32,000 bases of DNA from Marinicellulosiphila megalodicopiae (GCF_045862395.1 NZ_AP023087.1:196744-228743), one strand, 5' to 3'; shown: positions 18,600-27,730, counted from the stretch's first letter. Numbers and translations are program-made. Notes: a model not told the origin generated them from the sequence alone.

Positions 18600-19412
18600 A
18601 TGCCTTTTATAAGTACAGTTATTGGATTTGTTGGTGCTTCGTTATTATTTATATTTGCTATTACATCAAGTACCGATTCCTACTCAATGTTCTTAAGTCC
18701 ATCCAGTTTTTTATTAGTACTTGGGGGGACATTGGCAGCAAGTATTATTTCATTTAATTTATTTGATGTATTAAAAGCATTAGGGGCAATATTTAAAACA
18801 CTTTCAAATGACAAGGACACCAATCAAGTATTAAATAAAGATGTTAAAAAAATAATTGATTGGAGCAAAGTGTATCGAAAAAAAGGGTTGGGTAGTTGGA
18901 TTGACTCATTATCAAGCAAAGATCAAAAAGATAAATTTTTAAATTATTGTTTTGAAATGGTGCAAACTGGATATGAGCAAGAGGAATTACGTTATTTAAT
19001 TTCAGCAAGAATAGAGGCTGATTTTACGCGCAAAGCCCAGCCTGCAAAAATATTACAAACCATGGCAAGTTACGCTCCAGGCTTTGGTATGGTTGGCACT
19101 ATTATCGGCTTAATTATTATGCTTGATACGATGGGTGGCGATATTTCTGCATTAGGTAAAGGCTTGGCCTTAGCGTTAATTACCACGCTATATGGTGTAC
19201 TTTTAGGACAGCTAGTATTTAAACCCTGTGCTACCCATTTATTTAATAAAGTAGAAGGAGAATATTTTAGGCATCAAATTATTTTGGAAGGTATTATTTG
19301 TATTTTACAAAAACGCGATTCTATTGCGATTCAAGATCATATTAACGCTCTGTTGCGCCCTAAAGCCTATTATCAATTAAGCAATGAAAAAGAAGGAAAG
19401 TCCGATAAATAA
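18600..19412 (+). CDS. MotA-like stator subunit (MotA/TolQ/ExbB proton channel family)
   Basis: 270 aa; SFLLVLGGTLAASIISF, TMASYAPGFGMVGTIIGLIIMLDTMGGD, GKGLALALITTLYGVLLGQLVFKPCA: MotA signature segments. Confidence 0.92.
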   Translation: MPFISTVIGFVGASLLFIFAITSSTDSYSMFLSPSSFLLVLGGTLAASIISFNLFDVLKALGAIFKTLSNDKDTNQVLNKDVKKIIDWSKVYRKKGLGSWIDSLSSKDQKDKFLNYCFEMVQTGYEQEELRYLISARIEADFTRKAQPAKILQTMASYAPGFGMVGTIIGLIIMLDTMGGDISALGKGLALALITTLYGVLLGQLVFKPCATHLFNKVEGEYFRHQIILEGIICILQKRDSIAIQDHINALLRPKAYYQLSNEKEGKSDK

Positions 19413-20076
19413 ATCAAAACCAACAGCAATGCGCAGACGACCTCGCGCAGCAGACAATGGCGATGATTGGTTATTAACTTATGCCGATGTGATTACACTG
19501 CTGCTTGCTTTTTTTGTAATGTTGTTAACCATCACCGATGTAAACGAAGGAAAAATGGAAGCGTTAAAAGAAGCGCTCTCTGAAAATATTACCAAGGGAG
19601 AAGTCAATACACCGTTAAAAGATATTGAAACCATGGTAGAAAATGCATTTGCTCTTAAAGGTGCGTCTGAATTTACAGAAGTAGAAATCAATCAGGATGG
19701 AATCAGCATAGAGTTAAATAATGTTTTAATGTATCCATCTGGTCAAGCGACTTTATCGGGTAATGCTTTAGATATTATTGAATCTTTAGGTCGTTCAATA
19801 CAGCCTTATATAAAAGATCATTATGAAATTTGGATTGAAGGACACACAGATGATATCCCTATTCATACTGAAAAGTTTGATTCAAACTGGGAATTAAGCT
19901 CAATAAGAGCGATTAATATTGTGCAAGCATTATTAGCCCAAGGTATTGATGCGAATCAATTAGTTGCGGTAGGGTTTGCAGATTCGCGACCTAAGAAAAC
20001 GGACTTGGTTTTAACGCAGCAGGAACAACGTAATATGAATCGCCGAGTGGTGATTCATATTAAGCGGGTTTATTAA
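19384..20076 (+). CDS. MotB-like stator subunit with OmpA/MotB peptidoglycan-binding domain
   Basis: RRPRAADNGDDWLLTYADVITLLLAFFVMLL carries the TM Asp; C-terminal IEGHTDDIPI...NWELSSIRAINIVQALLAQGI...GFADSRP...NRRVVIHI is the OmpA-like domain. Overlaps the MotA-like gene by 29 nt. Confidence 0.93.
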   Translation: MKKKESPINKSKPTAMRRRPRAADNGDDWLLTYADVITLLLAFFVMLLTITDVNEGKMEALKEALSENITKGEVNTPLKDIETMVENAFALKGASEFTEVEINQDGISIELNNVLMYPSGQATLSGNALDIIESLGRSIQPYIKDHYEIWIEGHTDDIPIHTEKFDSNWELSSIRAINIVQALLAQGIDANQLVAVGFADSRPKKTDLVLTQQEQRNMNRRVVIHIKRVY

Positions 20077-20079
20077 TAT

Positions 20080-22947
20080 TTATTGAGTGATTTTATTTAA
20101 TTCAATGACACCTGCATTAAGTTTTAATTGATATTGCACTGAAATATTATTTTCATCACTTGAAACGCTTACAGTATATTCACCATCTTGTTTGAACTGA
20201 TGCATCATAGTTAAAGTTGCGTCTGTATGATATCCATCACCAAAATCCCAATGTAAGGTTTTCACTTGCGAACTTGTGCACTGCTGATTTGAAATAATGT
20301 TTGCCATTGCTGAAAACTGAATTGTATTTGGATTTAATTCATCGTAAGAACTTTGTAATGAAATCGAATTAAATTGTGCATTGCAATTTTGGGTTAGTTG
20401 TTCGTCAGAAATGACTATGCTGGTTAAATTTTCCCAATCACCATACTGAGAATAAGTAATGTTATACGTACCCGGTTGGCTGTAGATATGTGTAAGTGAG
20501 CCAGTATTATAATATTGGTCAATACTTTCATCACCAAATGAAATCGTCAAATTGTCCGTTTGACTTGAGCATATTGATTCTCTTACAAATACATTTAAAT
20601 TCACTTGATTATTAATTTGTGAAATGAATTCTGCTTCAACTGGATTTATTGCCTGGCAATTAGAGACTGTAAATAATTCAGGCAATATCGAAACAACAAA
20701 TTCATCATTTAATTTGATGTCATAGTATTTTGAAGCATTGGCAAATTGATGAGTTAAATAATCTGTATTAAATTCGAATGCAGCACTGCCATTATCTAAA
20801 TCCAAAATTGGTCGAGTGCTGTATGCATAATTACAAATTTCAGAATTTTTAGCAGTTAAATCAAAAATAAATGTGTTATATGTATTTGTATCCACCCTAT
20901 AATTTAATTCCCAGTCACATTGTACAAAATCATCTGATAATGGTTCATTTAATTCAAAATTAGTTTGTCTAATTAATTCTAATGTAGATTCATTATCACT
21001 AATGATAATTTTATATTTTGATTCTAAATCCCCTGTTGCTGTATTTGCAGTAACAATATAATTGCCATTACGCAAATAGGTATGTGAAATACTTCCACCA
21101 GTTTTTGCTAGATATCCATCACCCATGTCCCAATATACTGTGTTTAGCGAACTCAAGGTGCAGCCATCTTCATTTAACTTCATTATTTCAGCATTTAAAT
21201 TAACGCTGTTGTTACCTTTTATAGATTGCATTAATGTGACGTTAATGAATTCAGAAAAATCCGCACATGAAAATTCAAGATCACTTTGATCAATCGTCAC
21301 GGTATAAATATCATCTGAATTACTGTTATCGCCAGTTGAATTGTAATTATTTAATGACTGTCCATCAAATTTAATTTGATAAACGCCAGCTTCTGAAAAT
21401 ACATGTTCGATTAATCCTTGTGAATAATAAGAAGGTGCACCATCTCCAAAATCTATTTCAACTAGACTACCATTATTGCTTTTACAGCCAATGTAGATGT
21501 CATCGTTATAATTTAGTGTTAATTTATTTTTATTTAATGAAATCACTTCAATTAAACTAGAAGTATATAGGCATCCAGTATCTGTCGATATGGATGTATT
21601 TCCTAGAGTTGTATACACAATTTCATTATTCAATTTTATGTCGTAATTTAAATCTGGATTTTCATAGATATATTTGACGTAATCCGTTTCTACAGAAAAA
21701 GGTTCACTTGAATCACCCATGTCAATGATAGGGCGAATAATATTTTGCATATCACAAGTGTCTGGATTTGTAACATCAACTGCTAAAATCATAATATTAT
21801 AGGAGTCATTTGCTAAAGAAACATCAAAATGACATGCATCAAAATTACCTGAATCAATTTGATGTTGCCCAATTAGTTTTGATTTAAATTCATCCTGTTC
21901 AAAAGTAATTTCATATATTTTCTCGATATTATTTTCGGGGGTTCTAAGCGTAACAATATACGTTTTATTTTGTTTAAATTCATGAATGATCGAACCATCA
22001 AAATTTGAATCTACATATGTTTTAGTGTTTCTTCCATCTCCAAAATTCCATTCAAAATATTTTACATCTGATTGTGTGCATTTGTCTGCTGAAAGCATTG
22101 TTCCTTTTGGAATAAAATTAATTTGTTTATTATTATTTTCATCAACTACAAATGTCAATTGAGTAATTGGTATTTCCCCATCACACTGATTAATTAAATC
22201 GTCTGCAGAAATATTAACTAACAACTCTTCATTATCTTGATATTGCTCGTATCCAGGTGGAACGAAATTATTAAAATTAGCCAACGATAAGCTATTAAAT
22301 GTAATGTCGTTATATTCGCCGATATCGGAAAAAATATGTTTTATTTTTCCTTGGTTGTAAACTTCGGGCTGGCTACCATCATTAAAATCGATTAAGACTT
22401 GGGCTGAATTATGCTCGCAACTATAATATCCTTCATAGCCATAATTTAAAATTAATACATTATCTATAATAGACTCAATGCTGATTTTCTCTGGAGAACT
22501 AATTGAGCAAGAAGTAATTGAACCTGCATCTCCATATATAGTCAGCGCTAATTCGTTATTTAATTTAATGTCGTATTCCATAAAGGATTTTTCATATTCA
22601 TAAGTAACATAATCGCCTTCCACAACAAATGGGGCGCTTCCATCGCCCATGTCTATAGTTGGTTTTTGCAGATTAGTTTGATCGCATGTAGCTTCATTTA
22701 ATAATGACACTGACAAAATAACAGAATTGTAATCGTAAATTTTCTTTACGGTCCAAATGCACTGATCTGGATCTATCACGACTAATTCAGTTTCGATGGA
22801 ATCACTTGATTCAGTTTCTGTATTTGTTTCAATACCAGATTCCGTATTAGTATCCAATTCTGAGTCGGTGGAATTATTCGCTTCAACCAAGTTATCTAAA
22901 CAAGACGAAAGTAATAGCGTAACAAAAAATAGGTTTAAAGTTTTCAT
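20080..22947 (-). CDS. large lipoprotein with tandem PKD-like domains in three ~300-aa supermodules
   Basis: Lipobox LLLSSC; repeated PTIDMGDGSAPF / IDFNDG / FEWNFGDG...HEF...YIVTL; VYWDMGDG...SHTYLRNGNYIVT; LHWDFGDG...MHQFKQDGEYTVSV. Confidence 0.85.
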   Translation of the reverse strand: MKTLNLFFVTLLLSSCLDNLVEANNSTDSELDTNTESGIETNTETESSDSIETELVVIDPDQCIWTVKKIYDYNSVILSVSLLNEATCDQTNLQKPTIDMGDGSAPFVVEGDYVTYEYEKSFMEYDIKLNNELALTIYGDAGSITSCSISSPEKISIESIIDNVLILNYGYEGYYSCEHNSAQVLIDFNDGSQPEVYNQGKIKHIFSDIGEYNDITFNSLSLANFNNFVPPGYEQYQDNEELLVNISADDLINQCDGEIPITQLTFVVDENNNKQINFIPKGTMLSADKCTQSDVKYFEWNFGDGRNTKTYVDSNFDGSIIHEFKQNKTYIVTLRTPENNIEKIYEITFEQDEFKSKLIGQHQIDSGNFDACHFDVSLANDSYNIMILAVDVTNPDTCDMQNIIRPIIDMGDSSEPFSVETDYVKYIYENPDLNYDIKLNNEIVYTTLGNTSISTDTGCLYTSSLIEVISLNKNKLTLNYNDDIYIGCKSNNGSLVEIDFGDGAPSYYSQGLIEHVFSEAGVYQIKFDGQSLNNYNSTGDNSNSDDIYTVTIDQSDLEFSCADFSEFINVTLMQSIKGNNSVNLNAEIMKLNEDGCTLSSLNTVYWDMGDGYLAKTGGSISHTYLRNGNYIVTANTATGDLESKYKIIISDNESTLELIRQTNFELNEPLSDDFVQCDWELNYRVDTNTYNTFIFDLTAKNSEICNYAYSTRPILDLDNGSAAFEFNTDYLTHQFANASKYYDIKLNDEFVVSILPELFTVSNCQAINPVEAEFISQINNQVNLNVFVRESICSSQTDNLTISFGDESIDQYYNTGSLTHIYSQPGTYNITYSQYGDWENLTSIVISDEQLTQNCNAQFNSISLQSSYDELNPNTIQFSAMANIISNQQCTSSQVKTLHWDFGDGYHTDATLTMMHQFKQDGEYTVSVSSDENNISVQYQLKLNAGVIELNKITQ

Positions 22948-23165
22948 GTATCCCTCTTAAATAATTTTATATCACCCTATAATACTCTATTTTGGATTTC
23001 ATCCTAAAGCATTGTTTTAATTTTGTAGATGCATTGTTCACAAAATATTGATTATTATCCTCAATAGCCGCGATTCTAAGAAATTTACCTATTTTTAAAT
23101 CTAAGTTATAGTGTTGCTAACTTATTAATCAATCAACCAATTTAATTGTTAAAAGGTAATCACTT

Positions 23166-23576
23166 ATGCCAAAAATGATATTTATAAATTTACCAGTCGT
23201 TAATTTAGAGGTCTCAATTGCGTTTTATGAATCCATTGGGTTTACAAATAATAAAAATTTCACCGATGACACCGCAGCATGTATGGTTTGGAGTGAATCC
23301 ATAAATGTAATGTTATTAACCCATGAAAAATGGAAGACATTTACAGCGCGTCCAATCCCCCCAACGACCTCAAGCGAAGTACTACTTGCATTGTCGTTTG
23401 AGAGTCGTGACGACGTTGATCGTATTAATGAAATTGCAGCACAAAATGGAGGTGTTGCGGATATTAATCCTGTTCAGGATTTGGGATTTATGTATAACCG
23501 AAATATTACAGATTTAGACGGGCATGTTTGGGAAATCATGTGGATGGATCCTGCTGCTTTTCCTGCAGAAAGTTAA
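23166..23576 (+). CDS. VOC/glyoxalase-family protein
   Basis: FINLPVVNLEVSIAFYESIGF...DLGFMYNRNITDLDGHVWEIMWMDP. Confidence 0.9.
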   Translation: MPKMIFINLPVVNLEVSIAFYESIGFTNNKNFTDDTAACMVWSESINVMLLTHEKWKTFTARPIPPTTSSEVLLALSFESRDDVDRINEIAAQNGGVADINPVQDLGFMYNRNITDLDGHVWEIMWMDPAAFPAES

Positions 23577-23614
23577 TGCTACCTCTTTGTTATGAAGATT
23601 ATTGAAAATCCAAA

Positions 23615-23767
23615 AGTATTGTCAAGACACACTGATTAGCTAATCCCAAAAGAAGTATTGTCAAGACACACTGATTAGCTAATCCCAAAAAGTATTGTCA
23701 AGAAGTATTGTCAAGACACACTGATTAGCTAATCCCAAAAAGTACTAGCAAGACACACTAAATAAGC
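23615..23767 (-). repeat. left tandem repeat array, 37-bp unit, flanking the RAYT-like gene
   Basis: AGTATTGTCAAGACACACTGATTAGCTAATCCCAAAA at 23615, 23654 and 23704, a truncated copy at 23691 and a degenerate copy at 23741. Confidence 0.95.
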
Positions 23768-23867
23768 AACAAAACGACACAAAACAAAAAAAGCAATTCA
23801 ATCATCTTAATCTATTCTTTAAATATGATTAAAGAAATCGATAAATGAATCTTTAAGAGGATGAATA

Positions 23868-24875
23868 ATGCCAATAGCCAGAAGTAAACTCGTATCTGTA
23901 GAGGCGACGCCATTTTACCATTTGATAAGCCGTTGCTGTAGGCAGTGCTACATTTTGGGTAAGGATGCAGTGACTAAAAAGGATTATTCACACAGACAAG
24001 AATGGATTGAAAATCGATTAGAAGAATTGCCCTCGATATTTAATATAAAAGTAGCATCCTATGCGATCATGTCAAATCATTTTCACCTAGTGGTGTTTGT
24101 AGATAAAGACGAGTCGAGTAAATTATCGGATTTACAAGTCATTGAGCGCTGGCATAAAATTTATAATGGCACAGTATTAACTCAAAAATATGCCAAAGGT
24201 GAGCTTTTATCAGAAATTGAGATGGATTTGGTAAAAGAGCGAGCGGATGAGTTTCGCAGTCGACTAATGGACTTAGGTTGGTTCATGAAATGCATTAATG
24301 AGCCATTAGCACGAAGCGCCAATCGAGAAGATAATTGCACAGGAAAATTCTGGGAAGGTCGTTTCAAGTCTCAAGCATTGCTTGATGAAAAAGCATTATT
24401 AGCCTGTATGGCATATGTGGATCTCAATCCAGTGCGCGCAAAAATGGCAAAAACACCAGAAAAATCAGCACATACCAGCATCAAAAAACGCATCGAACAA
24501 TCATTAAAAACAAATAAGCCAAATAATCAAACAGAGCAAGTCAAAGGTCTTTTAAACTTTGTAAGTCAATCAAGGCAAGATATGCCTAAAGGGATTCCAT
24601 GCAAACTGACAAGCTATATTGAATTAGTAGAATGGACAGGAAGGCAGTCCAGAAAAGGAAAAGCAGGTAAAATTGATTCAGATATACCAGAACTTATGCA
24701 GCGACTCAATATAGATCCAGTTAAGTGGGCACATATTACCTCAAATTTCGAATCAAGTTTTAAAGGCATTGTGGGTGAATCGTTATCCATAATAGAAACA
24801 GTCAAAAACTTTGGGCGAGAGCGTGCATTAAACGTATCAAACTGCTTGTATTATTTTGGAAAACAAAAAAAATAG
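23868..24875 (+). mobile_element. Y1/HUH transposase-like protein, REP-associated tyrosine transposase (RAYT)-like family
   Basis: FYHLISRCCRQCYILG..., YAIMSNHFHLVVFVD (HxH = HFH within MSNHFHL), FWEGRFKSQALLDEKALLACMAYVDLNPVRAKMA. Confidence 0.88.
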
Positions 24876-25790
24876 AAAAAACATATCGAGCTTCAATCAC
24901 AAATACTAGTTTTTCGGAATTAGAAAATCCATATGTCTGAGAATTGACAAATCTGAATGTATTTTAAAATTTCATGTTCGTTATTGGTAAAAATTTAGAA
25001 TGTATAAATAATGCTAGAATTGTAGGGATATAGTGATTTATTAATTGCTTTGATTCTTAAGTCAGTATGTCTTTGCAAGTTCTCTTTGATTCTTAATTCA
25101 GTCTGTCTTAGCAAGTTCTTATAATAGAAACAGTCAAAAACTTTGGGCGAGAGCGTGCATTAAACGTATCAAACTGCTTGTATTATTTTGGAAAACAAAA
25201 AAATTAGAAAAAACATATCGAGCTTCAATCACAAATACTAGTTTTTCGGAATTAGAAAATCCGTATGTCTGAAAATTGACAAATCTGAATGTATTTTAAA
25301 ATTTCATGTTCGTTATTGGTAAAAATTTAGAATTTATAAATAATGCTAGAATTGTAGGGATATAGTGTTTATTAATTGTTTTGATTCTTAATTCAGTCTG
25401 TCTTTGCAAGTTCTCTAGAATTGTAGGGATATAGTGTTTATTAATTGTTTTGATTCTTAATTCAGTCTGTCTTTGCAAGTTCTTTTTAAAATTTCATGTC
25501 CGTTATTGGTAAAAATTTAGAATTTATAAATAATGCTAGAATTGTAGGGATATAGTGATTTATTAATTGCTTTGATTCTTAATTCAGTCTGTCTTTGCAA
25601 GTTCTTGTTAATTCAGTATGTCTTAGCAAGTTCTTAGTGATTTATTAATTGCTTTGATTCTTAATTCAGTCTGTCTTTGCAAGTTCTTGTTAATTCAGTA
25701 TGTCTTAGCAAGTTCCTTAGCAAGTTCTTTAGCAAGTTCTTGTCTTTTTATAACGATAACAGGTAAAAAATATTTATTGATATCTACATT
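24789..25790 (+). repeat. right repeat region: 332-bp duplication including the 3' end of the transposase, plus a ~35-bp core repeat present about 8 times
   Basis: ATAATAGAAACAGTCAAAAACTTTGGGCG... at 24789 recurs at 25121; the TTTAAAATTTCATGT..GTTATTGG unit occurs 3 times; the core TTGATTCTTAATTCAGTCTGTCTTTGCAAGTTCT is repeated through ~25735. Confidence 0.92.
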
Positions 25791-25808
25791 TTATTGTTTG
25801 TCAGTTAA

Positions 25809-26231
25809 TTAAACGGATATCAGTTTTTGAGATTTATGATTGTGTTTAACATTTGTGTGTCTAATAAATGTATTTGCATTAAAGCCTGTATCACTGGTGA
25901 ATTCAAAATCACCATTTATATTAAATTCAATATTAAAAAATAAAATCTGGCTAAATGCCGTGCAACGTAACGTGAAATTGATGTAGTCATCACCAAATGA
26001 ATTGACTTTGTGTAGTCGTAAAGGCAACGCGAGATTAAATTTCACTTTTAACCAGTTAATCAGTTTAAAGGTAGCTCGATTGATTAGGCTTTGTTGAGCT
26101 TCGCAATACAGTGCTATCATTGATTGGTGAGGCAAAGCCAATTCAATTGAATTCAATATATTTAAAGTATCAAGTTCTTCGGAAATATTTATGAGTGGGC
26201 TGTTATTATTTGAATAAATGATGATATTCAC
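25809..26231 (-). CDS. hypothetical protein
   Basis: 140-aa ORF, no family recognised. Confidence 0.45.
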   Translation of the reverse strand: MNIIIYSNNNSPLINISEELDTLNILNSIELALPHQSMIALYCEAQQSLINRATFKLINWLKVKFNLALPLRLHKVNSFGDDYINFTLRCTAFSQILFFNIEFNINGDFEFTSDTGFNANTFIRHTNVKHNHKSQKLISV

Positions 26232-26317
26232 TATGCATTGAAAGTAAATGTATCTCTATTGTAATAAAATGCGCATAGTATGTAAATATTTTATATTTTT
26301 TATATGGGTGTCGTAAA

Positions 26318-27403
26318 TTAATGTATGTATAACGATGTGATCAAGCGTTCAACCCAAAATGCACTAAATTGCTGATTTGATAGTTTACTGAGTTCAACCA
26401 ATGCACGTTTTACAGGTCTCTGATAATCGGACTTATAATAATGTCCATGTGTAATCGCTTCATAAGCATGAATAATAGACAGACACATAGCGCCAGGGTG
26501 AATATCGTTTTCAGTCAGACCTTTAGGGTAACCTAGACCGTTGACCCATTCGTGATGCTCATGCAAAATTCTTGAGGCTTGCTGCCAATGCTCGCTTTGG
26601 GATAATAAAAAACTACAGGCATAAACATGTGCTTTGATTTGTTTTTTTTCATTTTGGGTCATGGGCTGTTCGCGAGATAGCAATTTGATAGGCAAAAACG
26701 ACATCGCAATATCATGTGTATAAATAGCCGCTGCTATTTGTTCAAAATCAAAATCGTATTGGCTGCCGTCTAGCATTCTATGCGCAAGATTGAGTAATCG
26801 ATTGGTTCGTCCTTTCCATTGAGGCATTCTATTTTCGACGCTAGGAATTAAATTGGCAAAATAAGTTAAATCAGGATATTGCTCAGGAAACTGATTGTGA
26901 AGCATCGATTCTTCTATTTCTATTAATGAAGGTTGGTTGTGATTCAACAGAGCAAGGGCTTTGAGAATTTGTAACTCAGGGTCGCTATGGGTTGATATTT
27001 TATTGATTTGTATTCCAACATCTTCATAAAGTTTTGCGTCATAAAACACAGTCTCCGACTCAAGTGAGTCATTTAAAAATGTTTTAACATGATCAAGTAA
27101 TAATAACGAAAGATCGCCAATTTTAGGATTAAATTCAAGCTCACCTTGTCGAACCAAACTTAAAACGTCTTCTAATTCTTGTAATACAGGAATTAACGGC
27201 GGTAATTGTGCAATACTTAAATTGCCTTTAACTGTGTGGATATTTCTAAATAGTGCGCTGAGCTTTTCAGTCTCTTTAGGTTGATGCTCCAATTCAATAA
27301 TTAAATTTTCAGCATCTGCTAAATTTTCATGAAATTCTTCATGCAGGTTTTGCAGTAACTCTTGATTTAACTGTTCAGTTCTAAATTCTAACATTGTATG
27401 CAT
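26318..27403 (-). CDS. Hpt-domain protein fused to a degenerate HD-GYP-like domain
   Basis: N-terminal LFRNIHTVKGNLSI (Hpt phospho-His motif); C-terminal AAAIYTHDIAM...HEHHEWVNGLGYPKGLTENDI resembles HD-GYP with altered signature. Confidence 0.75.
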   Translation of the reverse strand: MHTMLEFRTEQLNQELLQNLHEEFHENLADAENLIIELEHQPKETEKLSALFRNIHTVKGNLSIAQLPPLIPVLQELEDVLSLVRQGELEFNPKIGDLSLLLLDHVKTFLNDSLESETVFYDAKLYEDVGIQINKISTHSDPELQILKALALLNHNQPSLIEIEESMLHNQFPEQYPDLTYFANLIPSVENRMPQWKGRTNRLLNLAHRMLDGSQYDFDFEQIAAAIYTHDIAMSFLPIKLLSREQPMTQNEKKQIKAHVYACSFLLSQSEHWQQASRILHEHHEWVNGLGYPKGLTENDIHPGAMCLSIIHAYEAITHGHYYKSDYQRPVKRALVELSKLSNQQFSAFWVERLITSLYIH

Positions 27404-27730
27404 TCCACCACCGAGTCAACTTTAGTGTAGTTGTAACCCATTGCTTGGTCGTAAATTTTTGTAAAATATCAAGTTGTTAAAAAGTTATGTTTTCATGCCA
27501 TGAATTGAGAAATTCGATTTGGCCTTAGATGAATTTTAAATAATTTGAACTTAGTATGATTTTTGACATATTTATATATATTTTACGTTTATTTTTTGAC
27601 GAAATTCATTTAGTTGTCTACTTTTTATTATGATTAAACATCACTTATTTTCAAAAATAGGATCAGCGCATCCATCACTCTGTGGCATTTAAATCATTGT
27701 ATTTACGCAAATTTTTTTATAGGGATCAAA

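Noticed and set aside
18600-20076. Zorya anti-phage system (ZorA/ZorB are MotA/MotB-like)
   Set aside because: No ZorC/ZorD/ZorE-like genes; neighbours are a FliF-FliG fusion and envelope proteins, and the MotA-like protein lacks the long cytoplasmic tail expected of ZorA.
14785-20076. Ordinary flagellar operon
   Set aside because: Only rotor/stator-like parts are present, rearranged and fused; no rod, hook, export, FliM/FliN or chemotaxis genes occur anywhere in the window. The rest of the genome would need checking.
23615-23767. CRISPR array
   Set aside because: Units are directly adjacent or separated by only 0-2 nt with no unique spacers, and no cas gene is present.
24182-24367. 61-aa - strand ORF within the transposase (also 24614-24805)
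   Set aside because: Antisense to a clear Y1 transposase-like gene.
25296-25478. 60-aa - strand ORF with repeated LQRQTELRIKTINKHYIPTILE
   Set aside because: It is only a translation of the DNA tandem repeat, not a gene.
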